Shown: positions 28,414 to 41,880, numbered from the stretch's first letter. The stretch: DNA of 64,000 nt from Candidatus Sumerlaeaceae bacterium (GCA_049968255.1 JBMFRB010000007.1:64001-128000); one strand, 5' to 3'. Made by a program: numbers and translations. Notes: generated from the sequence alone by a model not told the origin.

Positions 28414-28713
28414 ATGTCCGCAAGACTTTCGGATCAGGTCATAGGTGAGAAGCTGCAGAATCTTCCGGCCTGGCGACGTGAAGGCGACGCAATTGTTCGC
28501 GATGTCACGTGCAGAGATTTTCGCCATGCCCTCGAAGTTGTGAATTGCGTAGGAGATTTGGCCGAACGCATGGATCATCACCCCGATCTTCTCATTCACC
28601 GTTGGAATCGTATGCGCATTGTGCTCTCGACTCACAGTGCGGGGGGATTGACGGAGAATGATTTCGCGCTCGCCCAGGAGATTGAGAGTCTTCTGCTGCA
28701 AATGGGAATTTAG
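28414..28713 (+). CDS. Pterin-4-alpha-carbinolamine dehydratase
   Basis: AERMDHHPD, LSTHSAGGLTENDFALA; SD AGGAGG. Confidence 0.92.
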   Translation: MSARLSDQVIGEKLQNLPAWRREGDAIVRDVTCRDFRHALEVVNCVGDLAERMDHHPDLLIHRWNRMRIVLSTHSAGGLTENDFALAQEIESLLLQMGI

Positions 28714-30892
<2,179 letters not shown>

Positions 30893-31082
30893 CGTCTTGC
30901 TGTGCTTAGCAATACCGTTGGCAACATTTCTAGTTCATTTCCAACACACGGCTCGAAATGGTTGCGAAAATTGTTTGACGCATTTTGGGGGGGTGAGAGA
31001 CTGACTTGTGACATCTGGCACGAATTGCGGATTTTTCCCCGCGATCGCGATGCCATTTCACAACATGAAGAGGAGTCAGGCC

Positions 31083-32222
31083 GTGACACGTCGCAACTAC
31101 ATCTTTGCACCGGGGCCGGTCAACGTCCCGCCACAAATTCTGGCCGCAACCGCCAAGCCCATCATTCACCATCGCTCAGCGGATTTTGATCCGCTGTTTG
31201 CCAAGGTTAGCGAAGGGCTGAAATATGTGTTCCAAACGAAAAATCCAGTGGTGATCTTCGCGTCTTCGGGCACGGGCGCAATGGAAGCCGCTATTGTGAG
31301 CAGTGCTAGCCCCGGGGATCGCGTGCTGAGCCTGGAAGCTGGCAAATTTGGCGAGCGCTGGGGCGAGATCGCTCAGGCCTATGGTCTTGCCGTAAACCGC
31401 AAACAGTGCGAGTGGGGCAAAGCTGTTGATCCGCAGATTGTTGCGGAGGAGTTGAAGCAGCATCCGGAAACAAAAGCGGTTTATATTGAATTATGTGAGA
31501 CGTCGACTGCGACCGTCGAGAACGTCAAAGCAGTCGCAGAAATCACGCGCACCACGGAAACACTTCTGATCGTGGATGCAGTGAGCGGGCTATGCGCCGA
31601 GGAGCTCCGTATGGACGAGTGGGGCATTGACCTGATCGGCGCCGGTTCGCAAAAAGCGTTGATGTTGCCGCCCGGCTTGGGTTTTGTGGCCGTGAGCGAG
31701 AAGGCACGCGAGGCGATTAAGAAGTCCACGACGCCCAAGTTCTATTTTTCGCTGGAGAAAGCGCTCAAGGAACTCGAAAAGAATACGACTCCATTCACAC
31801 CGGCTGTGTCCCTGATCTTCGGTCTCGAGGTTGCCCTCGATATGATTCGCGAGGAAGGGATCGAGAACGTCTGGAAGCGCCATGCGCGCCTGGCAGAGGC
31901 CGCTCGGCGCGCGGTGAAGGCGATGAATCTTAAGCTCTATTCGCAGAATCCGGCAAACACATGCACGGCAGTGATGGCACCCGAAGGAATCGAAGGCGGC
32001 AAGATCGTGAAGGGTCTCAAGGAGATGGGCTTCACGATTGCTGGCGGGCAAGGCCACTTGAAGGGGAAAATTTTCAGATTTGCCACACTCGGCTGGTACA
32101 ACGAATACGACGTTCTGACCATCATCGCAGCGATCGAAAAAGTGCTTCAGAAGCTAGGCCACCAATTCGTGCCCGGAGCCGGCGTTAACGCTGCGATGGA
32201 GTATTTCCAACAGAACCCATAA
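31083..32222 (+). CDS. Class V PLP aminotransferase (alanine-glyoxylate/serine-pyruvate family)
   Basis: PGP, HHRS, SSGTGAME, VDAVS, GSQKALMLPPG, GGQGHLKGKIFR; GTG start after a GAGGAG SD. Confidence 0.93.
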   Translation: MTRRNYIFAPGPVNVPPQILAATAKPIIHHRSADFDPLFAKVSEGLKYVFQTKNPVVIFASSGTGAMEAAIVSSASPGDRVLSLEAGKFGERWGEIAQAYGLAVNRKQCEWGKAVDPQIVAEELKQHPETKAVYIELCETSTATVENVKAVAEITRTTETLLIVDAVSGLCAEELRMDEWGIDLIGAGSQKALMLPPGLGFVAVSEKAREAIKKSTTPKFYFSLEKALKELEKNTTPFTPAVSLIFGLEVALDMIREEGIENVWKRHARLAEAARRAVKAMNLKLYSQNPANTCTAVMAPEGIEGGKIVKGLKEMGFTIAGGQGHLKGKIFRFATLGWYNEYDVLTIIAAIEKVLQKLGHQFVPGAGVNAAMEYFQQNP

Positions 32223-32245
32223 GCTAACTCTTTAACGAATTAAAT

Positions 32246-32292
32246 AGGTCGGGGAGCCGCTGTCTCGGTAGGGCGGTTCCCCGACCTTTCTT
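32246..32292 (+). terminator. Rho-independent terminator
   Basis: AGGTCGGGGAGCCGC...GCGGTTCCCCGACCT stem with a T-rich tail. Confidence 0.75.
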
Positions 32293-32374
32293 GTGAAACA
32301 ATGCCAAGAGCGAAGATGTCAATATGCGACAATTCTTGCCACGAACCTCATAGCAAGATTGCCTAAGATTAGGG

Positions 32375-32806
32375 CTAAGTTTGCGCTTGGACGGACGGTG
32401 CGGGCGTTTTTTCAAAACGTCGGAAGCATCGATAGCCGAAGGTTCTGGCGGCACGCCCTTGATCGGGAAACCCGAACGCATCAAACCACCCTTCTTCTTC
32501 AGCCCGCCATCGACAGTCCCAATCGAAATCGTAAACCGTTTCTCCGTCGTTGACGGAAAGCTTTCCGACGAAATTACTGCAGCCGGAAAATCCTTCGATA
32601 CGCACCCTGCGGACTGCCAGAGCAGGCTCGCATTCGAGCAATTGAGAAATGACGCGCAGGATTTTCACCGCGGGAAGTTGTGGTGAAAATTGTACGAGCT
32701 CATTTGACACGCCAGTCTTAGCCACCATTTTCACTGCAGCAGTAAATTCGGGCGTGGCAGAACTCTGGCTGAGCAATTCTTCGATTGTTGGCACTTGCGG
32801 TTGCAT
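32375..32806 (-). CDS. Hypothetical protein
   Basis: 143-aa ORF filling the gap, GGAG SD, aromatic-rich C-terminus FDWDCRWRAEEEGWFDAFGFPDQ. Confidence 0.75.
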   Translation of the reverse strand: MQPQVPTIEELLSQSSATPEFTAAVKMVAKTGVSNELVQFSPQLPAVKILRVISQLLECEPALAVRRVRIEGFSGCSNFVGKLSVNDGETVYDFDWDCRWRAEEEGWFDAFGFPDQGRAARTFGYRCFRRFEKTPAPSVQAQT

Positions 32807-32929
32807 GGCGCTGGCGTTTGTCTCCGTGATTTGAGAAGGAAATGTATGGTCTGAGGTTATTGCTGAAGGCGTAAATCTATTTAGTGTTCAATGCGATGCG
32901 GTTCTTCTAGATCCGGGACAAAGTGAAAT

Positions 32930-34531
32930 ATGCGAACGATGATTCGACGCTTCCTTACGATTTGCCTCATTGCCAGTATGGCATTGTGTTGCCTTAGCTC
33001 GGTCGCGGCTCCAGCGAAATCCTCTGGCGCCAAGAAGAGCAAGACGCGCCCCAGCCAGACGTCAAAACCGTTGGCGAGAAGCACTGCCCAGGAGTCGAAA
33101 CGAACCACGATAACGGACCATGCGTTTACGACCATCACGCGTGAGACACTCCCTGCGGCCATTGAACATGACGTGGGACAGGTGGAGGGCCGCAGCCGCT
33201 GGGGCATCATGGTTGTGGACGTTGCGAGTGGAGAGGTTCTCTATCAGCGAAACGCGAAAGAGCATTTCATCCCAGCCTCTAATCGCAAACTCTTTACGGG
33301 AGCTCTCGCCCTCGATCAACTTGGGCCGGATTTCACCTACCGGACATATCTCTACAGGACTGGGCCAGTGGATGCGAATGGAGTCCTGCAAGGTCATCTG
33401 ATCATTTTGCCGCAGGGGGATCCAACATTCAACAGTGAATTGTTTCGCCAAGCACACGTGCCGCCGGACTGGATTTTCCGCGACTGGGTGGAAAAGGTAC
33501 GGGCCGCGGGGATTCGCTCCGTGGCAGGAGAACTGATCGTTGATTGCTCGGACTGGGTTCTTAGCGATCTCGAACCGAAGGGCTGGCCGACGCGTATCAT
33601 GCAGGATTACTACGCGCCGCAGACGAGTCCGCTGACCCTCAATGAAAATCTTATACAAATGATCGCCAAGCCTGGCAGGCCGGGTGAGGCAGCAATCATT
33701 GAATTTGCTCCACCCGCGGAAGGTTATCCAATTATTAATAAAACTGTTACAGGAGGGCGGACGGCGCTCACTGTGCGCCGCCTCAAAGAGGGTGGGATCG
33801 AGGTGAGCGGCACAATCGCCGCGGGAAGCAAGCCTTACCCGTTGCCAACCATTCCCTGCGATAATCCAACGCTTTATGCAGCTGCTGTTTTCCGCAGCCA
33901 CCTGCATCGGGCGGGGATCCCCGTGCAAGGCAGCTTGCGGCTCAACACGAAGCGCCAAGCCCTGCCGAAACTCTCGACCGAGAATGTCATTGCTGTGTAT
34001 ATCTCGCCTCCTATGCAAGAAATCGTTCAGCGAATGATGAAACATAGCAATAACCACTTTGCCGAGCAAATCTATGTCTCGGTGTCGGCAGTAAAGCTGG
34101 GGCGTGGCAGCTACACAGCGTCGAAACAACTGGAAGCTGACATGCTGAAGCGTTTCGGGATTGATCGCGATGGAGTGCGTGGCGAGGACGGCAGTGGGTT
34201 ATCCGAGCTCAACGCCATCACACCAGAAGCTGTGTGCAAGCTTCTGATCGGAATGGCACGCCATCCTGCCGCCCAGTCTTTCTATGATGCGCTGGCTGTG
34301 GGTGGGCTCGACGGCACTCTGCGTGGTCGCCTGAAGTCAGATGTGACCATGGCACGCGTGCATGCGAAGACCGGCTATATTCGCAACGTGGTGTGCTTGT
34401 CTGGGTATGCGGATTCGGTAGGCGGCAAGCGCTATGCGTTTTCGTTCCTTGTCAATGACGTGAAGACTGGTCCTGCCGCTATCAAACAGGTTCAGGACAA
34501 ATTGTGCGAACTGTTGTGTAAGCTGAACTGA
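32930..34531 (+). CDS. dacB: D-alanyl-D-alanine carboxypeptidase/endopeptidase (PBP4, peptidase S13)
   Basis: Signal peptide; PASNRK (SxxK), SNN, DGSGLS, AKTG. Confidence 0.94.
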   Translation: MRTMIRRFLTICLIASMALCCLSSVAAPAKSSGAKKSKTRPSQTSKPLARSTAQESKRTTITDHAFTTITRETLPAAIEHDVGQVEGRSRWGIMVVDVASGEVLYQRNAKEHFIPASNRKLFTGALALDQLGPDFTYRTYLYRTGPVDANGVLQGHLIILPQGDPTFNSELFRQAHVPPDWIFRDWVEKVRAAGIRSVAGELIVDCSDWVLSDLEPKGWPTRIMQDYYAPQTSPLTLNENLIQMIAKPGRPGEAAIIEFAPPAEGYPIINKTVTGGRTALTVRRLKEGGIEVSGTIAAGSKPYPLPTIPCDNPTLYAAAVFRSHLHRAGIPVQGSLRLNTKRQALPKLSTENVIAVYISPPMQEIVQRMMKHSNNHFAEQIYVSVSAVKLGRGSYTASKQLEADMLKRFGIDRDGVRGEDGSGLSELNAITPEAVCKLLIGMARHPAAQSFYDALAVGGLDGTLRGRLKSDVTMARVHAKTGYIRNVVCLSGYADSVGGKRYAFSFLVNDVKTGPAAIKQVQDKLCELLCKLN

Positions 34532-34538
34532 GCTTGGG

Positions 34539-35396
34539 ATGACCTTGCTGCAGCGCGTGCGCATATTTCTCGAAATGATCAAATTTGAGCACACGGTGTT
34601 TGCGCTGCCGTTTGCTTTGGCGAGTGCACTCATTGCAGCGAAGGGCATGCCGCCAATGGATAAACTGTTGTGGATCACAGGGGCTGCTGTTTGCGCGCGA
34701 ACAGCAGCGATGAGTTTCAACCGCTATGCGGACGCGGAACTGGATGCCTGGAACCCACGCACGCAAGGGCGTGCTATACCGCAGGGACTGCTTAGCCGGG
34801 AGTTTGCTCTGGGGATGACTATTCTCTGCTCAGCAGCGTTCGTCGGGTGCGCCGCCGCGCTCAATCGCTTGGCCTTGTTTCTTTCCCCAGTCGCGCTGCT
34901 CGTGGTTCTTGGCTATTCTTATACCAAGCGTTTCACGTCGCTGTCGCACTTTATCTTGGGATTAGGGCTTGGTATTGCGCCAGCTGGGGCGTGGATTGGG
35001 ATCAAGGGCACGCTGGGGTGGCCTGCGGTCTTGCTGTCGCTAGCGGTGATCACGTGGGTAGCAGGATTCGATCTGATTTATGCGTGCCAGGATTTTGAAT
35101 TTGACAGGCGATTCGGGCTTTATTCCGTACCTGCGCGCTTTGGTGTTGCCGTGGCGCTGCATCTGTCAGCGGCGCTCCATGTTCTCACGGTGATTTTGCT
35201 TGCGTTGGCGGGAGCCGCTGCGGGGCTCGGCTGGTGGTACTACGTGGGTGTACTTGTGGTTGCATGCTTGTTGGTTTACGATCACCGCCTTGTGCAACCG
35301 GGCGATCTGTCGCTCCTCGAGCAAGCGTTTTTCACTGTTAACAGTTGGGTGGGAGTCACTGTGTTTGCCTTTACGGCGTTGGATGTTCTCCTGTGA
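34539..35396 (+). CDS. UbiA-family polyprenyltransferase (MqnP-like)
   Basis: IKFEHTVFALPF, FNRYADAELDAWNPRT, YSYTKR, GFDLIYACQD. Confidence 0.92.
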   Translation: MTLLQRVRIFLEMIKFEHTVFALPFALASALIAAKGMPPMDKLLWITGAAVCARTAAMSFNRYADAELDAWNPRTQGRAIPQGLLSREFALGMTILCSAAFVGCAAALNRLALFLSPVALLVVLGYSYTKRFTSLSHFILGLGLGIAPAGAWIGIKGTLGWPAVLLSLAVITWVAGFDLIYACQDFEFDRRFGLYSVPARFGVAVALHLSAALHVLTVILLALAGAAAGLGWWYYVGVLVVACLLVYDHRLVQPGDLSLLEQAFFTVNSWVGVTVFAFTALDVLL

Positions 35397-35399
35397 GGC

Positions 35400-36515
35400 G
35401 TGATGGAAATCCGTGAGGTCGCCATTCGTGACTTTCGAAATCTTCGCCGGATCGAGGAGCGATTCGACGCGGGGTTGAACCTCATTTTTGGGCGAAATGC
35501 GCAAGGGAAAACGAATCTTTTGGAAGCCTTGCACATGCTAGTAACGGGGCGAAGTTTTCGCACCCGAAACGAGCGGGAGCTTGTGCCGTGGAATTCAGAG
35601 GATTACTCAGCCACCATAGTTCGCGCAAAGGTTCAGCGAAGGGATGGGGAAGATTTTTATCACCTTGCTTTCAACAAGACGCAAAAATTCGTGTCGGTGA
35701 ATGGCGATGCTCTTACGCGCTTGGGCGATTTGGTTGGGCGACTCAATGCTGTGTTGTTCACGCCTGCAGACCTGCAACTAGTGCAAGGGGCCCCATCGCA
35801 GCGGCGTCGTTTTCTGGACATTTGCCTCTCCCAGACAAGTCGCCTCTACCTGCAAGCTCTTCAGCGCTATGATGCGGCGCTGCGACAACGCAACGCGGTG
35901 CTGAAGATGCATCAGCGCAAACACTTAGCGACGGAGCTAGCACCGTACAACCAAGAATTGGCTGCCAGTGGTGCCTTGATCATGGTGCACCGGGCTCAGG
36001 CACTTGAGGAACTGTCGGCTTTGGCGCGGAGCTTTTATGAGCAAGTGGCAGGCGAAGACGAAATGCTGAATGTGCATTACTCACCATCGGTCAGCAGCGA
36101 CACGCGCGAGGAGTCTGGGCTCCGGGAGAAAATCAAAGAAGCACTTGAGCGAATGCTGCCGGAAGACAGCACGCGCGGCGTGACCAATGTAGGGCCTCAC
36201 CGCGATGATTTTGGTTTCAGAATCGGCCTGCGCGACGCACGCGATTATGCGTCTCAAGGGCAACAACGAACGTGCGTGCTGGCATTGAAATTTGCGGAGC
36301 TTTCCTTTTTGACGAAGCGGCGCGGCGAGCCTCCAGTCCTTTTTCTCGACGACCTCATGAGCGAGCTGGATGCAGGACGCCGCACCCAGCTGCTGGAATG
36401 TTTGCCGAGGGAGGTGCAGACGTTTATTACACTGACTGAGCGAGAACTTGTTCCGGGCCAAGAATTTGGGGGAATTTTTGAAATGAAAAACGGTGAGCTT
36501 CGGCGAGTGCAATGA
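35400..36515 (+). CDS. recF: DNA replication/repair protein RecF
   Basis: FRN, GRNAQGKTNLLEA, GPHRDD, SQGQQR, LDDLMSELD. Confidence 0.96.
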   Translation: MMEIREVAIRDFRNLRRIEERFDAGLNLIFGRNAQGKTNLLEALHMLVTGRSFRTRNERELVPWNSEDYSATIVRAKVQRRDGEDFYHLAFNKTQKFVSVNGDALTRLGDLVGRLNAVLFTPADLQLVQGAPSQRRRFLDICLSQTSRLYLQALQRYDAALRQRNAVLKMHQRKHLATELAPYNQELAASGALIMVHRAQALEELSALARSFYEQVAGEDEMLNVHYSPSVSSDTREESGLREKIKEALERMLPEDSTRGVTNVGPHRDDFGFRIGLRDARDYASQGQQRTCVLALKFAELSFLTKRRGEPPVLFLDDLMSELDAGRRTQLLECLPREVQTFITLTERELVPGQEFGGIFEMKNGELRRVQ

Positions 36516-36803
36516 GTGAGGCTTTGCTCCGACAATCACACGGCGCCAACATGCTGGGTTGTGAATTCCTCATGTGAAAAAGTGGTAATCAGTCGTTAGC
36601 ACTTCTGGGGGCTTCACTGCAAACCACCTTTAGCGTACTATTCATGTGCAGAATAACGCGTGTAGCGTCCAGTAGCTTGTCATAGAAATTAGAATAGAGC
36701 TTCTGTAGAGGCAGCCGGTTCAATTCCGGCTCGAATGCCTGAAGAAGCGTAGCAACCGTTTCAACGACACGCTCCTTAGGAAGGAGCGAGGAGGTTACAA
36801 CCG

Positions 36804-39281
36804 GTGTTCGAAAAGGCACCTTACACCCCTGGGATGAAAGAGGTCCTGCGAATTGCCAAGTCCCTTGCGTCAAAGTACGGCCACGATTACGTCGGGCCCG
36901 AGCACTACTTACTGGCAATCTTGGAAAAGGGCGAAGGATTTGCAATCCGGACGTTGGAAACAATGGGGGTAGATTTGAAAGCGTTGGAAGGCGAGATTCG
37001 GCAAACGCTGAAGGCTGGCCAGGAAGTGGCGCCACCTCATACCCCGCCAAACCCCGACGCGAAACGTATCTTGGATGAGTGCAAAGATATTGCGCAGGAG
37101 CTCCATCACAATTGGATTGGCACGGAGCATTTGCTTTTGGGGATCCTGCGTGACGGCGATAACATCGCGGCGCGGGTATTGCTCCGTTTCGATGTGGATT
37201 TTAAAAGAGCGGTGCCTGTGGTGCGCAGTTTGCTGGATAACAAAGATTACGACAGTGCAAAGCCCAACAAGGAGGGCGAGAAGGAAAAATCGAAGACCCC
37301 GGCGCTCGACACGTTTGGACGCGATCTGACGCAGCTAGCGCGTGAAGGGAAACTTGATCCGGTCATTGGGCGCGAGGATGAGATCGAGCGCATTCTGCAG
37401 GTTCTGTGCCGGCGCAGCAAAAATAACCCCATTCTCCTGGGTGAGCCGGGCGTGGGCAAGACGGCAATTGTCGAGGGCCTGGCGCAACGTATCGTGAACG
37501 AAGAGGTGCCGGAACTTCTTCTCAATAAGCGGCTGATTTCTCTCGATCTGGCGGCGGTGGTCGCAGGGACCAAATACCGCGGCCAGTTTGAAGAGCGCAT
37601 GAAGGCGATCATGCAGGAAATTCGTCGCTCGCAAGACGTTCTGGTTTTCATTGACGAGCTGCACACGCTCATTGGGGCGGGCGCAGCGGAAGGTGCAATT
37701 GACGCGGCCAACATGCTGAAGCCGGCACTTTCACGCGGCGAGATGCAATGCATCGGTGCGACCACGCTTGAAGAGTACCGTAAGCACATCGAGAAAGATG
37801 GGGCACTCGAGCGGCGTTTCCAACCGATCATCATTAATCCGCCTACGTTGAAGCAGACAGTGGAGATCCTCCGAGGACTACGGCCGCGCTATGAGGAACA
37901 CCACGGGGTGATTATCTCGGACGAGGCAATTGAGGCGGCGGTGTATCTGAGCGATCGCTACATCACTGAACGGCAGTTGCCCGACAAGGCTATTGACGTC
38001 ATTGATGAGGCAGGATCGCGGGCACGGCTGAAGGCTAATATGAAGCCGACAAGGATTAAGGAGCTTGAAAAGCAGATTGCGCAGCTCGAGGAGCAGCTTC
38101 GCGTGCTGTCACAGCAAATGGAGTTCGAGAAGTGCAAGGAGCTGAAGGAACAGCGCGATGCGCTCCTTGAGGAGAAGCGGCAATTGTTTGAAGAATGGCG
38201 TTCGAAGCTCACAGACGCGAAGATCATCGCCACAATCACAGCCGAAGATGTGGCCCACGTTGTGAGCAAATGGAGCGGGGTCCCCCTGTCGCGTCTGGAG
38301 GAAGAGGAAAGCCGTCGACTGCTCAAGATTGAAGAGGAACTGGCCAAGCGCGTGGTCTCGCAGGAAGAGGCAATCAATGCTATCGCGCGGGCCATCCGCC
38401 GCGCCCGGGCAGGGCTGAAAGACCCAAATCGGCCCACGGCTTCGTTTATTTTCCTCGGCCCCACCGGCGTGGGCAAGACGGAGCTGGCCAAGGCGCTCGC
38501 AGAGTTCCTTTTCGGCGATGAGGGAGCGCTCATCCGCATTGATATGAGTGAGTACATGGAAAAGTACTCAATTTCGCGCCTGCTTGGTGCTCCTCCGGGA
38601 TATGTCGGATATGAAGAAGGAGGGCAGCTCACAGAGCAGGTTCGGCGTCGGCCGTATTCGGTTGTTCTTTTCGACGAAATCGAGAAAGCTCACCCCGACG
38701 TATTCCACTTGCTGCTTCAGGTGTTCGATGACGGTCGCCTCACGGATTCGTGGGGTCACGTGGTGGATTTCCGCAACACGGTCATCATCATGACGTCGAA
38801 CGTGGGAACAAAGAGTTTGCGCAAAAGCGGCACTTTGGGATTTACGTCGGCGGACGAGATTCAGGATTACAAGTCGCTAAAGGACAAACTGCTCGGCGCG
38901 ATGCGGCAGGTCTTTACTCCGGAGTTCATCAACCGCATTGATGAAACAATCGTGTTCAAGTCGTTGACGCGCGAAGACATCGGGCGCATCGTGGACATCA
39001 TGATTCGGCGACTCAATGAACGGCTCGAGAAGAAGGAGCTGCACGTGAGGCTGACTGAAGCAGCGAAGCAGTTCCTCATTGAGAAAGGCTACGACAGCGA
39101 GTATGGTGCGCGACCGATGCGCCGCGCCGTGCAGCGTTACGTGGAGGATCCGCTGGCCCAGCTCGTTGTTGAGAATAAAGTCTCGAAAGGTGAGGTCGTG
39201 GCGGATCTCGATCCGGAAAAACAGGAGCTGATATTCTCGTCGGTGCACGAAGCGGACCTTGCTGAGCCAGTTCCATCCTGA
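36804..39281 (+). CDS. clpC: ATP-dependent Clp protease ATPase ClpC
   Basis: Double Clp_N repeats, two AAA+ modules ([16 protein letters not shown]), short UVR-type middle domain, LGF ClpP-docking loop. Confidence 0.93.
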   Translation: MFEKAPYTPGMKEVLRIAKSLASKYGHDYVGPEHYLLAILEKGEGFAIRTLETMGVDLKALEGEIRQTLKAGQEVAPPHTPPNPDAKRILDECKDIAQELHHNWIGTEHLLLGILRDGDNIAARVLLRFDVDFKRAVPVVRSLLDNKDYDSAKPNKEGEKEKSKTPALDTFGRDLTQLAREGKLDPVIGREDEIERILQVLCRRSKNNPILLGEPGVGKTAIVEGLAQRIVNEEVPELLLNKRLISLDLAAVVAGTKYRGQFEERMKAIMQEIRRSQDVLVFIDELHTLIGAGAAEGAIDAANMLKPALSRGEMQCIGATTLEEYRKHIEKDGALERRFQPIIINPPTLKQTVEILRGLRPRYEEHHGVIISDEAIEAAVYLSDRYITERQLPDKAIDVIDEAGSRARLKANMKPTRIKELEKQIAQLEEQLRVLSQQMEFEKCKELKEQRDALLEEKRQLFEEWRSKLTDAKIIATITAEDVAHVVSKWSGVPLSRLEEEESRRLLKIEEELAKRVVSQEEAINAIARAIRRARAGLKDPNRPTASFIFLGPTGVGKTELAKALAEFLFGDEGALIRIDMSEYMEKYSISRLLGAPPGYVGYEEGGQLTEQVRRRPYSVVLFDEIEKAHPDVFHLLLQVFDDGRLTDSWGHVVDFRNTVIIMTSNVGTKSLRKSGTLGFTSADEIQDYKSLKDKLLGAMRQVFTPEFINRIDETIVFKSLTREDIGRIVDIMIRRLNERLEKKELHVRLTEAAKQFLIEKGYDSEYGARPMRRAVQRYVEDPLAQLVVENKVSKGEVVADLDPEKQELIFSSVHEADLAEPVPS

Positions 39282-39308
39282 GAAGAGAAAGCGGATCACA
39301 AAAAATGG

Positions 39309-39347
39309 CGGCGAGCGGAGGCAGGACTTCCGCTCGCCATCTTTTTT
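39309..39347 (+). terminator. Rho-independent terminator after clpC
   Basis: GGCGAGCGGAG...TTCCGCTCGCC stem followed by a T tract. Confidence 0.75.
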
Positions 39348-39398
39348 CAAGGCAATGCCGGCGTCTCGATGTAGTATTTAGAAGTGATTTAGCAGTGT

Positions 39399-39472
<74 letters not shown>

Positions 39473-39597
39473 CTTTGAGTGTTTCCCGTGCGGCTTGCCA
39501 TCAAGGCGGCGGAAAAAACATATTGTGCATCGTGGCGAGGCAGGGACTATGATTTTTTGGTCCGAGACAACCGACGCCCGCACTGAAATCCGAGATC

Positions 39598-40569
39598 ATG
39601 ATGAGCAATAACGAGAAAAATCCTGCTGCGAGAAACGCCATTCAAAAGGTTGCAGAAAATGTTGCACGCGTCATCCGCGGCAAGGACGACGTGATCGAGC
39701 TTGTCTTGGCAGCTCTTCTCGCCGGTGGTCATGTGTTGCTCGAGGACGTTCCGGGAGTGGGAAAAACCACGTTGGCAAAGTCTCTCGCCCGCTCGCTTCA
39801 TGCAGATTTCCGTCGTGTGCAATTTACGCCGGATCTACTCCCGTCTGATATCACAGGAACGAACATTTACCGGGCGGACGAGCACCGCTTCGAGTTTCGC
39901 CATGGGCCGATTTTCACCAATATCTTGCTGGCGGACGAGCTGAATCGCGCGACTCCGCGCACGCAGTCGAGTTTGTTGGAGGCAATGGAGGAGCGGCAGG
40001 TCAGTGCTGACGGCAACACCTATCCGTTACCGGCATTTTTCTTTGTGATTGCTACACAGAACCCAGTGGAGCAGGAGGGGGTGTATTCCCTGCCGGAAGC
40101 ACAACTGGACCGTTTTCTCATGCAAGTGGCGTTGGGATATCCCTCGCGAGCGGACGAAGCGGCGCTTGTGCGCGAGCGACTTTCTCATGATCCTTTTTTC
40201 GACCTCTCACCTGTCGCTTCAGGGGACGACGTCCTTGCGGCGCAACGAGAGTTAGTGCTCATTCATGTCGATGCAACGGTACTTAACTACACGCTTAGCT
40301 TAGTAGAGGCCACACGCCGCCATGAGGAAATTCTCTTGGGGGCAAGTCCGCGTGCAACGCTGGCGCTGATCGCTGCAGCACGCGCACTGGCCTATTTGCG
40401 GTCGCGGAATTATGTCCTGCCAGATGACATCAAGGAACTTGCAGTCCCAGTGCTAAGTCATCGCTTGATACTTCAATCAAGAGCACTCATCGCCGGACGT
40501 CGACCTGAGGAAGTATTAAGGGAAATTTTGAATCACGTGCCTGTGCCGCTTCGTGGTCCAGACGATTAA
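39598..40569 (+). CDS. MoxR-family AAA+ ATPase
   Basis: LLEDVPGVGKT, RVQFTPDLLPSD, DELNR, ATQNP, LPEAQLDRF, GASPR. Confidence 0.95.
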   Translation: MMSNNEKNPAARNAIQKVAENVARVIRGKDDVIELVLAALLAGGHVLLEDVPGVGKTTLAKSLARSLHADFRRVQFTPDLLPSDITGTNIYRADEHRFEFRHGPIFTNILLADELNRATPRTQSSLLEAMEERQVSADGNTYPLPAFFFVIATQNPVEQEGVYSLPEAQLDRFLMQVALGYPSRADEAALVRERLSHDPFFDLSPVASGDDVLAAQRELVLIHVDATVLNYTLSLVEATRRHEEILLGASPRATLALIAAARALAYLRSRNYVLPDDIKELAVPVLSHRLILQSRALIAGRRPEEVLREILNHVPVPLRGPDD

Positions 40570-40578
40570 TTCCGAACA

Positions 40579-41880
40579 ATGAAAACGCTTCAGCATGACG
40601 TTCAGGTGAGGTATAAATTCCTGGGGCGGCTTTACGTTTGGATTTTCCTCACGAGTGTGTTTCTTACCACAGGCCTGATGCTCGGCTCGCCCAGGAATCT
40701 TGCGGTGGGAGCGGCCCTTGCCTCGGTCATTCTCCTACAAGCAATACGCCTCCAAGGGGTGGAAAAAACTCTCCGGATCACGCGCCGCCACACTCCCCAA
40801 TGCCTGGAAGGCGACCGAGTGAGCATCGAGTTGCAGCTCGAAAGCATCGGAGCAAGACGCTTTTCTCTTGTTAGCATTACAGATCGCTTCGCGGCAGGCG
40901 GACGGTCCGTAAAAGGCGCGATTCTTGATTTTCCACCGCGTGCCTCTCTTCGTTTCGGCTACCGCCAGCTTTGTGATTTTCGGCGAGGGATGTTCGTGCT
41001 AGGGCCAGTCCAACTGGCAGTGACCGACGAGCTGGGGCTCGTAGAGAAAACAGCGATCTTTCCTGTGTTCACTGATTTGCTTGTCTGTCCGCGACCAATT
41101 CCAGCGGACACGCTCAACCTGCTTGGTGAAGGAACAGCAAAGCATGTCGGCACTGAAATTATTCGTCGAATCGGCCGAAGCGAGGAGTTTTCGGGCGTGC
41201 GGCAGTACCGCAGCGGCGATGCATGGCGCACGATTCACTGGCCGACAACGGCACGCATTGCCACCCTGCATGTTAAGGAATTCGACCGCAATGCAGTGAC
41301 ACAGGTTACGATCATCGCGGATATGTTCGAGACCGGCCACGCAGGCATTGGCGCCGTGACTTCGTTCGAGCAGAGACTACGGGCGGCCGGTACTTTGGCA
41401 ATCAGCGCCATTGAGAAAAATCACCTGGTGCGGCTGGTGGGCGCTCAGACTCCTATCGCCACAACGTCGTTTGGCGGAGGCACAAGACACCTCCAGGCGC
41501 TCATGCAATGGCTTGCCTTGCGAGCCCCTCGGGGCCGGGGGCATATCGAGCCTGTGCTGTTGGAGCAGATTCCGTTTGTTCGTCGCGGAAGTACCGTTGC
41601 CTTGGTGCTGAGCAGTGCCAACGTCGAGATATTCCAACTCGAACGTATCGTTTCGGCGTTACGCTGTCGGACCGTTGAAGTCATCGCGGTGGTGGTTGAG
41701 GACCGCAGTTATTTCAAGATCCGCGCGGATCAAACAAGTATCTTTGCTGATGCTCCACCGCTGGAGGAACTTGTGGGCAGACTTCGGCTCGCCGGTTGCC
41801 GCACGTACGTACTTCAACGGGGAACCGATCTTCTGGAAGGGCTCCGCGATCAAGATTGGAGCGGCGAGGTGAAGCCATGA
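40579..41880 (+). CDS. DUF58 domain protein
   Basis: N-terminal TM segments; RRG, EFSGVRQYRSGD..RTIHW..TAR, VKEFD motifs. Confidence 0.9.
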   Translation: MKTLQHDVQVRYKFLGRLYVWIFLTSVFLTTGLMLGSPRNLAVGAALASVILLQAIRLQGVEKTLRITRRHTPQCLEGDRVSIELQLESIGARRFSLVSITDRFAAGGRSVKGAILDFPPRASLRFGYRQLCDFRRGMFVLGPVQLAVTDELGLVEKTAIFPVFTDLLVCPRPIPADTLNLLGEGTAKHVGTEIIRRIGRSEEFSGVRQYRSGDAWRTIHWPTTARIATLHVKEFDRNAVTQVTIIADMFETGHAGIGAVTSFEQRLRAAGTLAISAIEKNHLVRLVGAQTPIATTSFGGGTRHLQALMQWLALRAPRGRGHIEPVLLEQIPFVRRGSTVALVLSSANVEIFQLERIVSALRCRTVEVIAVVVEDRSYFKIRADQTSIFADAPPLEELVGRLRLAGCRTYVLQRGTDLLEGLRDQDWSGEVKP

